Below, in pieces: positions 1-13,745 of a stretch of 64,000 bases of DNA. Both the position numbers and the translations under genes were made by a program. Under the pieces are notes generated by a model that saw only the letters and a list, made by a program, of their open reading frames with translations, searched no databases and had not been told where the DNA came from. This DNA comes from Sphyrna mokarran (lineage: Eukaryota): assembly GCA_024679065.1 (NCBI GenBank), contig JAGIQG010000010.1:47120001-47184000 (forward strand), in the 5' to 3' direction. Position 1 is the stretch's first letter, and every line of letters starts with the position of its first letter.

Positions 1-1689
1 TTATAACCTGAAACACTAAAGAATGGTTTGATTAGCTATCCAAGTTTACCTTTGCATATAGACTGATTACAAGCCAAAATTCTGTTGAAATATTATTTGA
101 ATCCTGTGATTTACTCATGATTCAGTTTTGATGTACTCATTGAATGTGGTTGGTTGTTGTTTATACCTGAATTAGTATTTTGCATAGCATAATAGTTGTG
201 TTGAAGTGTCTTGGTTTTCCAGCATAAGTTCAGATGTGAATCCTTTCAAGAAGCTGGAGCAATTTTATTACATCTTTACAAGATTAGTCTATCATTTGTT
301 TAAACTTTGAATTGATTGAAATGTTAACTGTCCTTTGAAAGGCAGTGGAAGGCTTCAAATTGTATAGGTATCTTTATTGGTTTTGGTGGTACCTGAGACA
401 TCTTTTTATTGTCATATCTGAAATGGTCAATAATAGAAGCTTTTTGTTGCAATACTACAACATAAAAGCAATAGTCTGTATTTTGCACAGTTCTCAAGCT
501 CGTGCATTCAGTGGAGAGCTGTTGCCAAGATGTTGGTATTGCTACATCTTAGAGCCTACTTCAGTGTGAATGTTTGTAACTGTACAAGTGTCTGGGGAGA
601 AATAAACAACCCTCACATGAATTGGTGTGATTTTAAACCTACTTTTTATTTATCATCCATCACTTTCCTATTAATCAATTGCATTCCAGTTACAAGTCCT
701 TATCAGCTTTCTTGCTAGTTTGCATTCTCTTGTGCTGTCAAATAGATTTGCACTGGTTTACATAAGTTATTTCCCTATTTGAGTTTGTTTAATAGAATAC
801 TTGTCACAGGTTGGTACTTTCTCAAGTAATTTCTTGTTTTCCATAACATCTCATCTAAAATACAACTTTATTTTGAACTATTCTGTATTTCACACCCAAC
901 TTCATTACTGTTACAGTTATTTCTGATTTCATAGATTGTGTTTATGAAATTGATTTAACACATTTGTTTCCACAAAGGTCTTTGAGCTTGTGAGCTGTTT
1001 AGTTGGCCCTTTCAGTATGTGATATTTCTACATGTATCTTACTACTGAACCAAGATAGTGTGACAGTATTGTTAAACCTTGAAACCATTGTTGCCCATGA
1101 GAAATCACTTACTAGCCAAAGATGTAGCCATGGTGATGTATTTTTGACGATGTATTTATATCTATATTCTTGAGCAATATGGGTAAATTTAATAACCAAG
1201 GAAGTTCCACACCCCATTCAACTTTTCATTTCTTGTGGCTTTATTCTGTTAGCAATAGGATTTCAAACTTTGCCTACTTCAAACAAGAAGTTACTGAACC
1301 CTGGCCCGGACTGTAACAAAGACTTAGCGATTTGGTCTGGGACCATAACAGATTTCATCTGAACATGTACTTCCAATATGAAGATAAATAAATGAATTAT
1401 AAAATCCTCCAAATTGGAACCACAAGAAAAAAATCATGTTGAATAGGCTGCCATGATCTCTTCCACCCTCCCCCCCCCCCCGGCCAAGGAAACAATCAGT
1501 CTTTTGACTGATGGTAGGGGGAAACAGGAAAAATACAGCAATTCTCCTGGAACTTCTTTTATAAAGTGCCATGTTATCCAGAATGAAATTTTGTTTTATA
1601 GTTACTTGTTGGCAAATCTAGATGAAGAGTCAATGCCTCTAATTTGGGATTATTGAACTACTTTTTGTCTTGGTTAGTAGATCGGTATC

Positions 1690-2290
1690 TTTAAAAGAAC
1701 GATTTCATTCCCAAATTTGACGATGTCCAGGCATTCTGTGGTCAGCTTGCTCATTCTCCCTGCCATCCTTGCTCTTGTGCACGCAGGCTGGAAGGGCCTC
1801 TTACCTGTTGGGAAAGTGCAAGGACCGAGATTCCTCCAGTCTTACTCCCTGGATCTCATTACCTGCTTCACACATTGTAACATCCTCCTCTCCCTCATCA
1901 TAAACTAAATCTGAAGTGTTAACTTAGGAGTGTGACTGCCTCCTGGAACAAAGTGTTCAGACAACATTTCTATCCCTGATGCATTGAAGTGTCCCAAACC
2001 TAGGTTCCAGCTCATCAACTCTGAACTAAGGTTTCTTGAGCTGCAAACTTTATCACAGCTACGGTTGTTGTGGGGATTACATTATTATCCACCATACCCT
2101 ACATAATATAGCTGCAACATATTACCTGTCCTGCCATCACTATTGCAATCTCTTTAACTAATTGGATTTCAAGTTTTGAAATATGAGTTGTAATTGAATT
2201 TGTAGTTATGTTAAGTAATTTAACTAGTCCAGCTATGAATTTATCTGCCTAGTCCTAGTTTAAACTACCTTAAGGAATGTAAAGTTTCTA
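1690..2290 (-). mobile_element. Degenerate CR1-type LINE 5' region/ORF1 fragment (probably continues at ~3185-3500)
   Basis: Reverse complement (atggcaggacaggtaatatgttgcagc...ttccaggaggcagtcacac) matches the + strand copy at ~31080-31290. Confidence 0.6.
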
Positions 2291-2294
2291 AATT

Positions 2295-3180
2295 TGACAA
2301 TGAGACAAAAATAGTGGAAAGGCATATTGTGATGAGGATATTGTGATTTTGCAACAGGATATAGATAGATTGGGTGACCAGGTGAAAACCTAGCTAGTGG
2401 AGTTTAGCATGGGGAAGTGTGCGGTCGTGCACTTCGGTAGGAGGAATCAAAAGACAGATCATTCACCTGCAGTCTTGTTCCATTTAGGTAATAAGGTATC
2501 AAGGACCTCGGTGTTCTAGCGCATGAATCACAAAAACCTAGCAGCAAGTCCAGCAACTAGTTAAGAAGGCAAATGGCATTTTGGTCTTTATTGCAAAGGA
2601 GTTCGAGTTTAAAAATAGGGAGGCTTTGTTGCAATCATACAGGGTGTTGATGAGGCCTCACCTGGGATATTGTGTACAGTTCTGTCCCCTTACCCAAAAA
2701 GGATATAGTAACATTGGAGGCAGTCCAAAAGAGATATATCGGGCTAATTCTTGGGATGAGAAAGTTGTCCTATGAAGAGAGACTAAATAGCCTGGGCCTG
2801 TACTTTTTGGAGTTTAGAAGAGTGAGAAGTGACCTTATTCAAACATACACGATCCTGAGGGGACTTGACAGGTGGGTGGTGAGGTGTTTTCATTACTGGA
2901 AGAATGTCGAACAAGAGGACATAGCTAACAAGATAAAGAGCTGGTCGTTTCAAACTAAGGTATGCAGAAATTTCGCAACGGTGGTAAATCTCTGGGAATC
3001 TTTACTCCAAAGGGTAGTGAAGGCTGGATCATTAGAAATATTCAAAGTCAAGGTGGATAGATTGAAGAAATGGCACAGAAAGCAGTTGAGGCCAATGTAG
3101 ATAAGCCATGATTGAATTGAATGGTGGGGCAGACTTGAAGGGCCTGTAGTGGCCTACTCCTGGTTCTATTATGTTCTTGT
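2295..3180 (+). mobile_element. CR1 LINE 3' fragment (ORF2 C-terminus + tail)
   Basis: Broken ORFs LLQSYRVLMRPHLGYCVQF and LSYEERLNSLGLYFLEFRRVRSDLI; tail ggcctactcctggttctattatgttcttg. Confidence 0.9.
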
Positions 3181-4551
3181 GTGTATCACCCTAATTTTGA
3201 GGAATAAAAACCCATAAAACTCACCAACTAATTATCTACCCATTCAGCTATACAATAGTCTTGATCTCAGGTCTCTTGCTCCTTCTCTCAGACTACTCCT
3301 TGTCTATTAAAAGACCAGAGCAGCACACACTCTTTCTCACAGCACTGAATTCCCTCATTCAGTTCTGAATCAAGTACTGTGTCGAAGCTATACTCATTAA
3401 GCTGGCCTCCATGCTGCTTACTCAGAGCAATGGATAAAGCCTCCTGTTTCTATGAAGAGCAACTCAGCCCCAGCTGACCAGATAACCAGTTCTAACAAGT
3501 CATCTGATGAATTATGTAGCTTCCACTGGCAGGCAGCTTGTTTACCATCGGTTAACTATGAAATAAATCGCAAGTTAATGTTAAAGCTAAGTGCAAAACT
3601 TGACTATATTTTGGAAAAGAGAACCCTTAAATCACTTAGAATTTCATCACTCATCAAATTCCTGAGTTAAGTACTCTGATGAAGCTGTGTTCCATCGAAC
3701 TGGCTTTCATGCTGCCAACTCCCTCAGTTAGCCTGTCTTAAATGTGTTGGTCTTGCAATGCCAGGAGCTGTCCACGTCTGAATGTTGCAGATTCTCATTT
3801 CAAGGTCCAGGGCTACATGGTAAGAGATGCACTAAAGCTTGGGGCAGCTGCTGCCAGGGTCTAGTGCAGAAGTCCACAATCCAAGGCCCTTTTGCCATAG
3901 TACACTGAGTGGCTGGAACTCATGCAAAGTCCCTTGGGCTATATGTACCTGATAATATATGACTTGAAATGTAAACTATAAATCTAATCTGTATTTATAA
4001 ATGTAATGAGACACCACTACTAATATGTATTCTGTATCGAAAGAAATTGAACTGTATTGCATTCTCTGCAACATCACATTTAACTTATGCAATGTACTTT
4101 TACAAACTAAATTAAACAAGTAAAATTTCTAAATAAACTGTAAGATAGTACAGTGGCGGTTATGATTAATCTTGCTCTAAAGCTAAACCTTGCTGTAGGA
4201 ATCTTATGATATAATCCATTATAACAACACTATCAAATGTGGAGAGTAATGACAGATTGACCTAGGAGCAGCAAAAATTCTCCATGGCCTCAACTAATAT
4301 ACTTGGTTAAAATTGAAGAATTAAAATTCAAGGTAAGAAGATCTAGATTGGTTAACTAAAATATTGGGCTGACTAACACACTGTCCAAGGTTATATGGTA
4401 TATCAAAAGATTTAATATGTTAGTATTGGCTGGGATTAGAGAGATTTGAAATGAAAGCAGTGCTCATGGTGAATATTGAAGTTAAGAATACTGATTTCAG
4501 TACAGTATAGAATTGATCTTAGATTTTATTTTGGCAAGACAAACTTAAAGA

Positions 4552-4760
4552 GCGTATCTGCTTGGGTTCCCTTCCGGGTGCCCTGGTTTCCTCTCTGTCT
4601 AAAGATGTGTAGTTTAGGTTGTTTGGCCATGCCAAGTTGACTCTATTGTCAGGGGGATTAGCAGAGTAAATGTGTGGGGTTACATGAATAGGGCCTGCAC
4701 GGGATTTTGATCACTACAGACTTGTTGGGCCAAATAGCCTCCTCCTGTAGGGATTCTAGG
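4552..4760 (+). mobile_element. 5'-truncated HE1-like V-SINE
   Basis: V-domain-like tgcttgggttcccttccgggtgccctggtttcctc...ttggccatgc and tail gggccaaatagcctcctcctgtagggattcta, matching the copies at 46460 and 56400. Confidence 0.75.
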
Positions 4761-5589
4761 GGTCTAGTTCTAATTATGAAGATTCAAAATAACATAGACA
4801 GATCAATTTGGTAGAGTAAGAGAGAGAATTTTTGATGTTGAAGGTTGAAGTTGGAAAATTCATGGAATAAGATGAACAACAAGTTTGTTAAAATAAGCAC
4901 ACATGTATATTCTAACTAAGAAATGGATGTTGTAGTAGAAAAAATAAGAAGTGAATGAGCAGAAGTTATTACAAAAGTGAAGCTTAAATTTCATCTGGAT
5001 GGAATGACTCTAAATACAAAAGCATGTTGCATGATGCTAACAATATTAAATTCCAACGGAAGACAATAAGACTGAAATTTAACAAGAATATTGTAAATAT
5101 TTTCTGTACTTCAAAATATTGGGCCTAAATATTCAGAATTTCCTTTGATCCATCTCCTAGGTTGAGAAAAAGATCAACTAAACGGATTTCTTGACCACCT
5201 ACTTTGATTCTAATTCTCTCCTGATTTAGTTGAGTAAATGTGAGGCAGCAATTGCAATTTTGCAGTTAGCCTTCATGGACAGAAGAAGGTAAAAGTTACT
5301 TGACTAATTTGCTAGAAAGCATGTATTTGGACACTGGCCCAATTTTGATGTCCACTTCACTTCGAATCATAGTTTGTAGACACAAGCATGAAGAATGGCC
5401 ACTTGAGCAAGAGATTGAAAGGTGCCCCATGTTTGTGGAACTGTAACAAACAGGTCATATTTTATTGAGCAGAAATTACTCTATTTGCTTCTTTGTTAAG
5501 TTATAGTAAGTTTGATATCCTGTGTTGAGAGGGATCAGTTTTTGTGAAGTTACTTGGATCTTTTTAGGTTATTTCTCCCATTTTGATTT

Positions 5590-6360
5590 GCACAGTCAAC
5601 ATTTTTATCAGTCCATGTTGATCAGAAGAAAGTGATGGTGAGCTGCCTTTTTTGAATCATTTCAGTTAATGTATTGAACGTTTTCTCATAGCCCTGTTTG
5701 GAAGGGAGTTCTAGGATTTTGATCTTAATGTAGTGATTATAAAGCTGGTGAGTTAATGGTAGCTCCATTTACTACTGGCTTAGTCCATTTTTTTGAGTTT
5801 GTTAGTCATCAAAGCCTTGGTGAGTTGCATTCAGCAGATAGCACACATTGTAGTCATGGTGTACTGGTAGAGGGAGTGGCTGTACAAGCTAGTGAATAGA
5901 TTGCTGATCGGGTGGACTGCTTTGTCATAGTGTTGAACTTCTTGTATTGCAGCTGCACCAGCAAAGTAAATGGAGAGCATTTCATCATATTCTTAACTTG
6001 GGTCTTGTTAGTGGTGAGCAATTATAGACTCTGGAAATGAATATCGAATTCTATCATGTTCCTGTAGCCACAGTATTGTGTGGCTAGAGTTTCTGATCAT
6101 TGGTGCCCCTGTCTCTCTCCAGGAGGTTGGTGGGTAATTTTGCAATGGGAATGTCATTGAACATTGTGGGGAGGTCATTTGGAGATGGTCATTGGCACTT
6201 GTACGATACAAATGTCCGTTGATACTTATCAGCCTAAGCTTGTTAGTTACTAGATTCTATAATATGCAAGCCTGGATTGCTGCACTAACCAAGGAATTGC
6301 AGATAGAACTGAAGTCATCAGTAAACATCGTCATTTCTCACTTTTGGGACATTATAAGTA
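5590..6360 (-). mobile_element. Old degenerate non-LTR LINE (CR1/L2 group), 3' part; continues at 8788-9560
   Basis: Minus-strand RT C-terminal remnants (aagtgccaatgaccatctccaa; gatcagaaactctagccacacaatactgtggctacagg). The sequence resumes on the other side of the young CR1. Confidence 0.55.
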
Positions 6361-6363
6361 GAT

Positions 6364-8787
6364 CATAGAACATAGAACATTACAGCGCAGAATATGCCCT
6401 TCGGCCTTCGATGCTGCGCCGACCAATTAGGAACAAGCAGTGACCCTCTAACCTAAACCATTCCCCTTTCATCCATAAACTTATCTACTAACCTCTTAAA
6501 CGCCCCCAAACTTGGCGCATCTACAACTGACACAAGCAAGGCATTCCATACCCTTACCACCCTTTGGGTAAAGAACCTACCTCTGACATCTGTCCTAAAA
6601 CCACCACCCTTAATTTAAAGCTATGTCCCCTCGTGCTAGCTTTCTCCATCCTAGGAAAAAGGCTATCACTGTCCACCCTATCTAAACCTCTAATCATCTT
6701 ATATGTTTCAATAGGTCTCCTCTTAGCCGCCTTCTTTCTAACGAAAACAACCTCAAATCCCTCAGCCTCTCTTCATAAGACCTGCCCTCCATACCAGGCA
6801 ACATCCTGGTAAACCTCCTCTGTACCCTCTCAATGCCTCCACATCTTTCTTATAATGTGGGGACCAGAACTGCACACAATACTCCAAGTGCGGCCGCACT
6901 AGAGTTTTGTACAGTTGCAACATGACGTTGCGGCTCCGAAATTCAATCTCCCTACCAATAAAAGCTAAGACTCCATATGCCTTCTTAACAACCTTATTGA
7001 CTTGATTGCCAACTTTCAGAGATCTATGCACATATACACCAAGATCCCTCTGTTCATCAACACTATTAAGAGTCCTACCATTAGCCCTATACTCTACACA
7101 TTTGTTATTCCTGCCAAATTGAATTACCTCACACTTTTCCACATTAAACTCCATTTGCCACCTCTCGGCCCAGCTCTGCAACTTGTCCAAGTCTCTCTGC
7201 AAACTAGAACACCCCTATTCACTATCTACCACTCCTCCGACTTTGGTGTCATCCGCAAATTTACTAATCCATCCTTCAATACCCTCATCCAGATCATTTA
7301 TAAAAATTACAAACAACAGGGGCCCCAAAACAGACCCCTGAGGTACACCACTTGTCACCGAACTCCAAGATGAATATCTCCCATCAACCACCACCCTCTG
7401 TCTTCTATCTGCTAGCCAAGTCCTAACCCAATTAGCTAAATCACCCTCTATCCCATACATCTGCATTTTCTGCAGAAGTCTTCCATGGGCCACCTTATCA
7501 AACGCCTTACTAAAGTCCATATATAACACATCAACTGCCTTACCCCCATCCACCTCTTTGGTCACTTTTTCAAAAAACTCAATAAGGTTAGTAAGGCACG
7601 ACCTACCCTTCACAAAATCATGCTGACTATCCCCAATCAATTCATTTCTCTCTAAATAACTATAAATCCTATCCTAATAATTCTCTCCAATACTTTGCCC
7701 ACAACAGAAGTAAGACTCACTGGCCTATAATTCCCTGGAAAGTCTCTCTTCCCCTTCTTGAACAATGGGACCACATTCGCTATCCTCCAGTCTTCCGACA
7801 CTATACCCATAACCAACGACGACCTGAAGATCAGAGCCAGAGGCTCTGCAATCTCCTCTCTCGCCTCCCAGAGAATCCTAGGGTAAATCCCGTCCGGCCC
7901 AAGGGACTTATCTAACTTCAAACCCTCAAGAATATCTAGCACATCCTCCTTATCTACTTCAATACTTTGCAGTTTACAACCCTGTATCCCAGTGTTCTCC
8001 ACAACTACATTTACATCTCCCTGCGTGAATACCGAAGAGAAATATTTGTTCAGTGCCTCTCTAATCTCTTCAGGCTCCACGCACAACTCCCCACTGCTGT
8101 CCATAACTGGCCCTAACCTTGCCCTAACCAATCTTCTATTCTTAACATATCTAAAGAAAGCTTTAGGATTCTCCTTGATCCTATCAGCCAAAGTCTTCTC
8201 GTGCCCCCTTTTAGCTCTCCTCAACTCACTCTTTAGCTCCCTCCTGGCTAATCTATAGCTATCCAGTGCACTAACTGAGCCTTCAAGCCTCATCCTGACA
8301 TAAGCATCCTTTTTCCTTTTAACCAGCGAATTAACTTTTTTAGTACACTATGGTTCCCTTACTCGACCATTTCCTCCTGCCTGACAGGGACATACTTATC
8401 AAGGACTCGCAATAGCTGCTCCTTGAATAAGCTCCACATTTCAGATGTTCCCAGTCCCTGTAGTTTCCTAGTCCAACCTATGCACCCTAATTCTCTCCTT
8501 ATGGCCTCATAATTACCCTTCCCCCAGCCACAACTACTGCCCCCAGCTTCATGCCTATCCATATCCATCACTAAGGTGAACGTAACCGAATTGTGGTCAC
8601 TATCACCAAAATGTTCACCAACTTCCAAGCCTAACACCTGGTCTGGCTCATTGCCCAGCACCAAATCCAATGTAGCCTCACTCTAGTTGGCCTATCTACA
8701 TACTGAGTCAAAAAACCTTCCTGCACACTTTGTACAAAAACTGACCCCTCTAATGAGCTAGAGCTATTAGCTATTCCAATCAATATT
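6364..8787 (-). mobile_element. Young 5'-truncated CR1 LINE (endonuclease C-terminus + RT), frameshifted
   Basis: ORF pieces with [58 protein letters not shown]; (TTCTATG)2 tail at 6364-6380. Confidence 0.97.
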
Positions 8788-9560
8788 ACTGAACTTGCTC
8801 TTTGAAAATGGTTGGGCCTATGACACCATCTAATGTTCTAAGGTAATGGCCTCCAAGGAACATCTTTCTTTGTGTTTGGAATGGAATCCCCTGACCAGCA
8901 TTGACTTCAGTTTTACTGGTGGGGAATGGTTGTCCTTGGTTCCAAACTTGGTTGAATGCTACGTTGATCTTGGACTTTCAGCTCTACTGACCATGTCTGA
9001 GTCAAGGCTATAGTGACCTCTGAAGTGGAGTGATCCTGACAGAACTGAAAAGAGCTTCAGTGAGCAATTTAGTGGTGAGTGAATGCTACTTGATGGCACT
9101 GGTTTGACTCCTTCAGCTTTTACCTGATTAAGAATTGGTTTATTAGATGATAATAGACTAGATTGGATTTGTTCTACTTTCTGTGGGTTTGATATATATT
9201 TTCCACATTGGGTATATGGCACTGTTTCTGATGTATTATGACAGTCTGTTTAGAAGCACAGCTATTTTTGGCGTTTTAATTCTTTATCATTAGGGATGTC
9301 GTTAGGGGTTATAATCTTGCTAGGTCCTCTGTGACCAGCCCTTTCTTGATGTCACATGCAATTAATTAAATTGATTAACACTGGCTTCTGTAATGTTGGG
9401 GTCCTAAGGAGGAGACAAAGAAGGAATAAGAATTCAACACTTCTGAATGAAGGTGGTTGCCAATACCTTACCCTTATCTTTTACACACACATGCTGGGCA
9501 CTGCCATCATTGAAGATGAAAATGTTCATGGAACCTTCTATCCATTCATTGCTTAATTGC
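8788..9560 (-). mobile_element. Old degenerate LINE, upstream part of the 5590-6360 element
   Basis: Continues the interrupted sequence (gaaaatggttgggccta...gtcaagg...tgggcactgccatcattgaagatg). Confidence 0.5.
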
Positions 9561-9882
9561 CTCTGACCATTTGCTGCCAAATATGGAAGGATTGCAAACT
9601 TTTGATTGTTTGCTAAATAAATAAATTATGAATTGATGGTTATAGGTTTCCTTAGTGTTGTCTAATAGCATACTGCTTCTGATATTCAGCATGCACATAA
9701 TGTTGAGACAACTGATCATTGCTGGTCTATATCGAAAACAGTTACAATATACTGCAACAGGTTTATGTGCCATTGAATCAATGTCAGTTGTATCTGAGAT
9801 ATATTTTATACAAGTGAATACTATATGAATTTGGACACCTTTAGTATTGAGTACACTTTATTTTTGAACTTTCTTTCTACAG

Positions 9883-9979
9883 TACCTCCTCCTCTGTATC
9901 TGAGCAAACTGTGTACAAGACTACTGCAGTTCTATCTTCTGATTCTATTTGTCCTACAGATTTTTCCACAGATTTCAAG
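9883..9979 (+). CDS. MTMR2: MTMR2 coding exon (human exon 2 equivalent), N-terminal region
   Basis: Acceptor ttctttctacAG, donor AAG|GTAGGT. 1 nt + TSSSVSEQTVYKTTAVLSSDSICPTDFSTDFK, which resembles human [35 protein letters not shown]. Ends phase 0, compatible with the next exon. Confidence 0.85.
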
Positions 9980-11714
9980 GTAGGTAACCATATATTAAAA
10001 TGTGTTTTTTTTGTCATATTGATTGATAGATTCATGTACATGACAACAAACTCATTTTAAATGTTGGATTAACTGTTGTTTACAAATAGCCTAGCAATTA
10101 AATGATCACAATTCATTTGGAGCATTTAATAAAGGACCACAGAATTTATTATTGTTCAGTACTGTCTGCATGGTTAGTAGCAATTTAGATACTGTAACTG
10201 TCACCTAAGTATTGTACTAGATTTATGCCCAGAGTGCTTTTACATGTCTAGCAATTATTTTTTCTAGAAGCTGCATAGCTTGGTCCTCTTTTAAGCAGGC
10301 ATCAAAATATGTGCAAAATCCTCCTGTTTAAAGAATATTAACTAGGTGAGCAAAGTTGCAGTCTTAAATCAGACCTGTAATGGTTGATTGGGCTCTGAGA
10401 AATACAGGAATCCATGTGTATAAGTGGAGCTATGGAGAAAATTATATTAGAAAAATTTGAACAAAAAGTATTTTTAAATGTGATTTCAACTTAATTTAAC
10501 AAGTAAAGGTTGACATTTAGAACCACTCATTAATTGTGAAGTATTGTGGGAAATGTACAATAGATTTCTTCATCTTGCAGAAGTTAAAGGCTTTGGCATA
10601 AAGTATGTGCTGTTGCTACCAATTGTCAACTTCCTTTTGTCTTTTTATAGGAAAGAAACTATAATCCAAAGCTAGTGCAAGCACTGATTGTTCCTTTTAA
10701 ATTAAAGTACTTGTAAATTTGCTGGCTAAGAAATTGGATTGTACTTTCAATCTGCAGCTTCTGACAGCACATTCTTATTGTTAGCCTTGAAAGAAAAATG
10801 TAACATTTTCCTAGATAAATGTGATATTTTCCTATATAATTGTAATGGAAAACAACACATCCAGTTCTATTTAATTGGACTTTTATTACACAAACCACTG
10901 TGGGTGGTTTTTGATCACTTTCGAATTGCTTGCAAAATAGTGGCATTTGCCAAAGCTTTGAAGAAGACTTGGTTCTTATTGACAAATGTGCAATATAGAA
11001 CAGTGTGATTTTACTTGATGCCTGTTTCAGTTTACAGACTCATCTCTGTGTCCTAGATGCACGATAAAACTTTGAATGCATACTCTTTTTGATGAAGTGT
11101 TTGTACTTTCTATTTGCACTTGTAAAGACTCATTTTTAAAAAATAGAGGGGAAGTTGTCGTTATGGATGTATTATTGGCCCCAAATTTCCAATTGCTGGA
11201 TTGTTGGTGATCGGATATGGGAATGAAAATGCTCATTGGGTCTTTGCAGAAGTCTTGATGCCCTGACCTCTATATGAGAATTCCCTGGGAAGCTTGAACT
11301 TTCGGTGGGCAATGTATGCAAAAATTGAACTTCTATCAAGAGCTTATGAGAGTTGCAGATTAATTATTGAATTTCGAAAAGGGGATTATATATTTCATTA
11401 TGATATTACTGTATGTTAATTAGCCTTTTAGAATAAAACCAATTGCCTAAATTTGGTTTGAAATATATATAATACATAGCTTGTTATAGGAAAATTCAGA
11501 CAATGGCATGTAACTTACTCCAGAGTACAGAATAAGAAATCTATAGTGTGTCTAGACATTGGACAGAAAAGATTGTATGAATGATGAACTCTTCTTCTAG
11601 GAGTTATTTGTGAGGCTATAGCTAAGAAAATGATGGATTCTCCTGTTTCTTTGACAGATGAATGTTCAGCAAAAAAGCCTAGTTTACAAATTAGATTATT
11701 TTGCTTCATGTGAC

Positions 11715-11945
11715 ATTAGTTAAATCTTGATTTGCACAGCTGATTGCAGATGTTGTCTATGCAGTCAGTATTGGAGGGATGGCTGGAGGCGTTGGCTCTT
11801 CATTGCACTCACTTGTCATGAAGGGCTTGACTGTTCTCCACAAGTATCGAAATCACTAATGACAGCAACTTTTCTGTTTAAGTCACACCAGAGTTATTTT
11901 TTCCAATAGATTGCGATCCATTTTGCAAGCTGTGAGCTTTCAGAT
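11715..11945 (-). mobile_element. Probable 3' end of the RTE element at 13746-15850
   Basis: Minus-strand remnants resembling RTE ORF C-terminus; separated from the body by a CR1 insertion. Confidence 0.4.
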
Positions 11946-11964
11946 TAAGGGTGGGGCGGGGGAG

Positions 11965-13743
11965 GAGAAGATGAAATATGACGCTAAACAAGCTAGTAAT
12001 ATAAAAGAAAATAGGAAGTTTTTTTCAATATATGAAAGATGAGAGAGGCAAAAATAGTTATTGGACCACTGGAAAATGAAGCTGGAGAAATAATAGTAGG
12101 AAAGAAAGCAATGGCAGAGGAACTGAATAGTTACTTTGCATCAATCTTCACGATGGAAGACACCAATGGGATACCAGAACTCCAGGAAGTCAAGGGGCAC
12201 AGGTCAGTATAGTGACCATCACTAAGGAGAAGGTTCTGGGGAAACTGAAAGGTCCAAAGGTGGATAAATCACCTGAGCTGGATGGACTACACTCCAGGTT
12301 CTAATAGCAAAGGAAATTGTGGAGGTATTGGATCTTTCAGGAATCACTGGAGGACTGGAAACTAGCTAATGTAATACTGCTGTTTAAGAAGAGAGGGAAG
12401 CAGCAGGCAGAAAATCATAGGCTGTTTAGCTTGACCAGTCATTGGCAAGATTTTGAGAGTCTGTTATTATTTGGAAGTGCATGATAAAGTAGGACTGAGT
12501 CAGCATGTCTGACAAATCTGTTGGAGTTCTTTGAGGAGGTAAAAAGGAAATTTAGATAAAGGAGAAACAGTGGATGTGATTTATTTAGATTTCTGGAAGG
12601 CCTTTAACAAGGCACTGCATAGGAGACTGTTAAATAAATTAAGTGCCCATGGTGTTAAGGGTAAGATCCTGATATGGTAGAGGATTGGCTGACTGGCAGA
12701 AGGCAGAGAGAGCGATAAAGGGGTCTTTTTCAGGATGGCAACCGGTGACTAGTGGTGTGCTCAGGGACCAGTGCTGGGACTGCAACTTTTCACGATGTAC
12801 ATTAATGATTTGGAGGAAGGAACTGAAGGCACTGTTGCTAAGTTTGCAGGTTATATAAAGGGACAGGTAGTATTGATGAATGAGGTGGGGCTGAAGAAGG
12901 ACTTGGACACGTTAGGAAAGTGGGCCAAAAAGTGGCAGATGGAGTACAATGTGGAAAAGTACGAGATTATGCACTTTTGAAGGAGGAGTGGAGGTGTAGG
13001 TTATTTTCTAAATGGGAAAATGCTTAGGAAATCAGAAACACAAAGAGACTTGGGAGTCAGTGTTCAAGATTCTTTTAAGATTAACATGCAGGTTCAGTTG
13101 GCAGTTAGGAATACAAACGCAATGGTAGCATTCATGTCGAAAGGGTTAGAATACAAGAGCAGAAATGTACTTCTGAGGCTGTATAAGGCTCGGGTCAGAT
13201 CCCATTTGGAGTCTTGTGAGCAGTTATAGGCCTATATGTAAGGAAGGATGTGCTGTCCTTGGAAAGAGTCCAGAGGAAGTTCACAATAATGACCTCTGGA
13301 ATGAAGAACTTGTATATGAGGAACCGTTGAGGACTCTGTGTCTGTACTCGTTGGAGTTTAAAAGGATGATGGGGGAGTCTTGTTGAAACTTACAGGATAC
13401 TACAAAGCCTGGATAGAGTGGACATGGAGAGAATGTTTCCACTAGTAGGAAGAACTAGAATCATGGGGCATAACCTCAGGCTAAAGGGATGATGCTTTAA
13501 AACAGAGGTGACAAGGAATTTCTTCAGCCAAAGACCTATGGAACTCTTGGCCCCAGAAGACTATGGAGGCCAGGTCATTTCTTTAAAACAGAGATAGATA
13601 GGTTCTTGATTAATAAGGCAATCAGAGGTTATGGGGAACAGGCAGGAAAAGGGGATGAGGAAAATGTCAACCATAATTGAATGGCAGAGCAAACTCGATG
13701 GGCCAAGTTGCCTAATTCTGCTCCTATGTCTTATGGTCTTATG
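11965..13743 (+). mobile_element. CR1 LINE ORF2 remnant with 3' tail
   Basis: FTMYINDLEEG, KWQMEYNVEK, QRDLGV, LLRLYKARVRSHLE; tail ctaattctgctcctatgtcttatggtcttatg. Confidence 0.93.
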
Positions 13744-13745
13744 AT

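Noticed and set aside
1-1690. MTMR2 exon 1 or promoter
   Set aside because: AT-rich, no CpG island and no recognisable N-terminal coding sequence; short AG..GT candidates are unsupported.
3676-3700. CTGATGAAG...CGAAC hammerhead-like string
   Set aside because: No GAAA, no convincing helix II or helix I.
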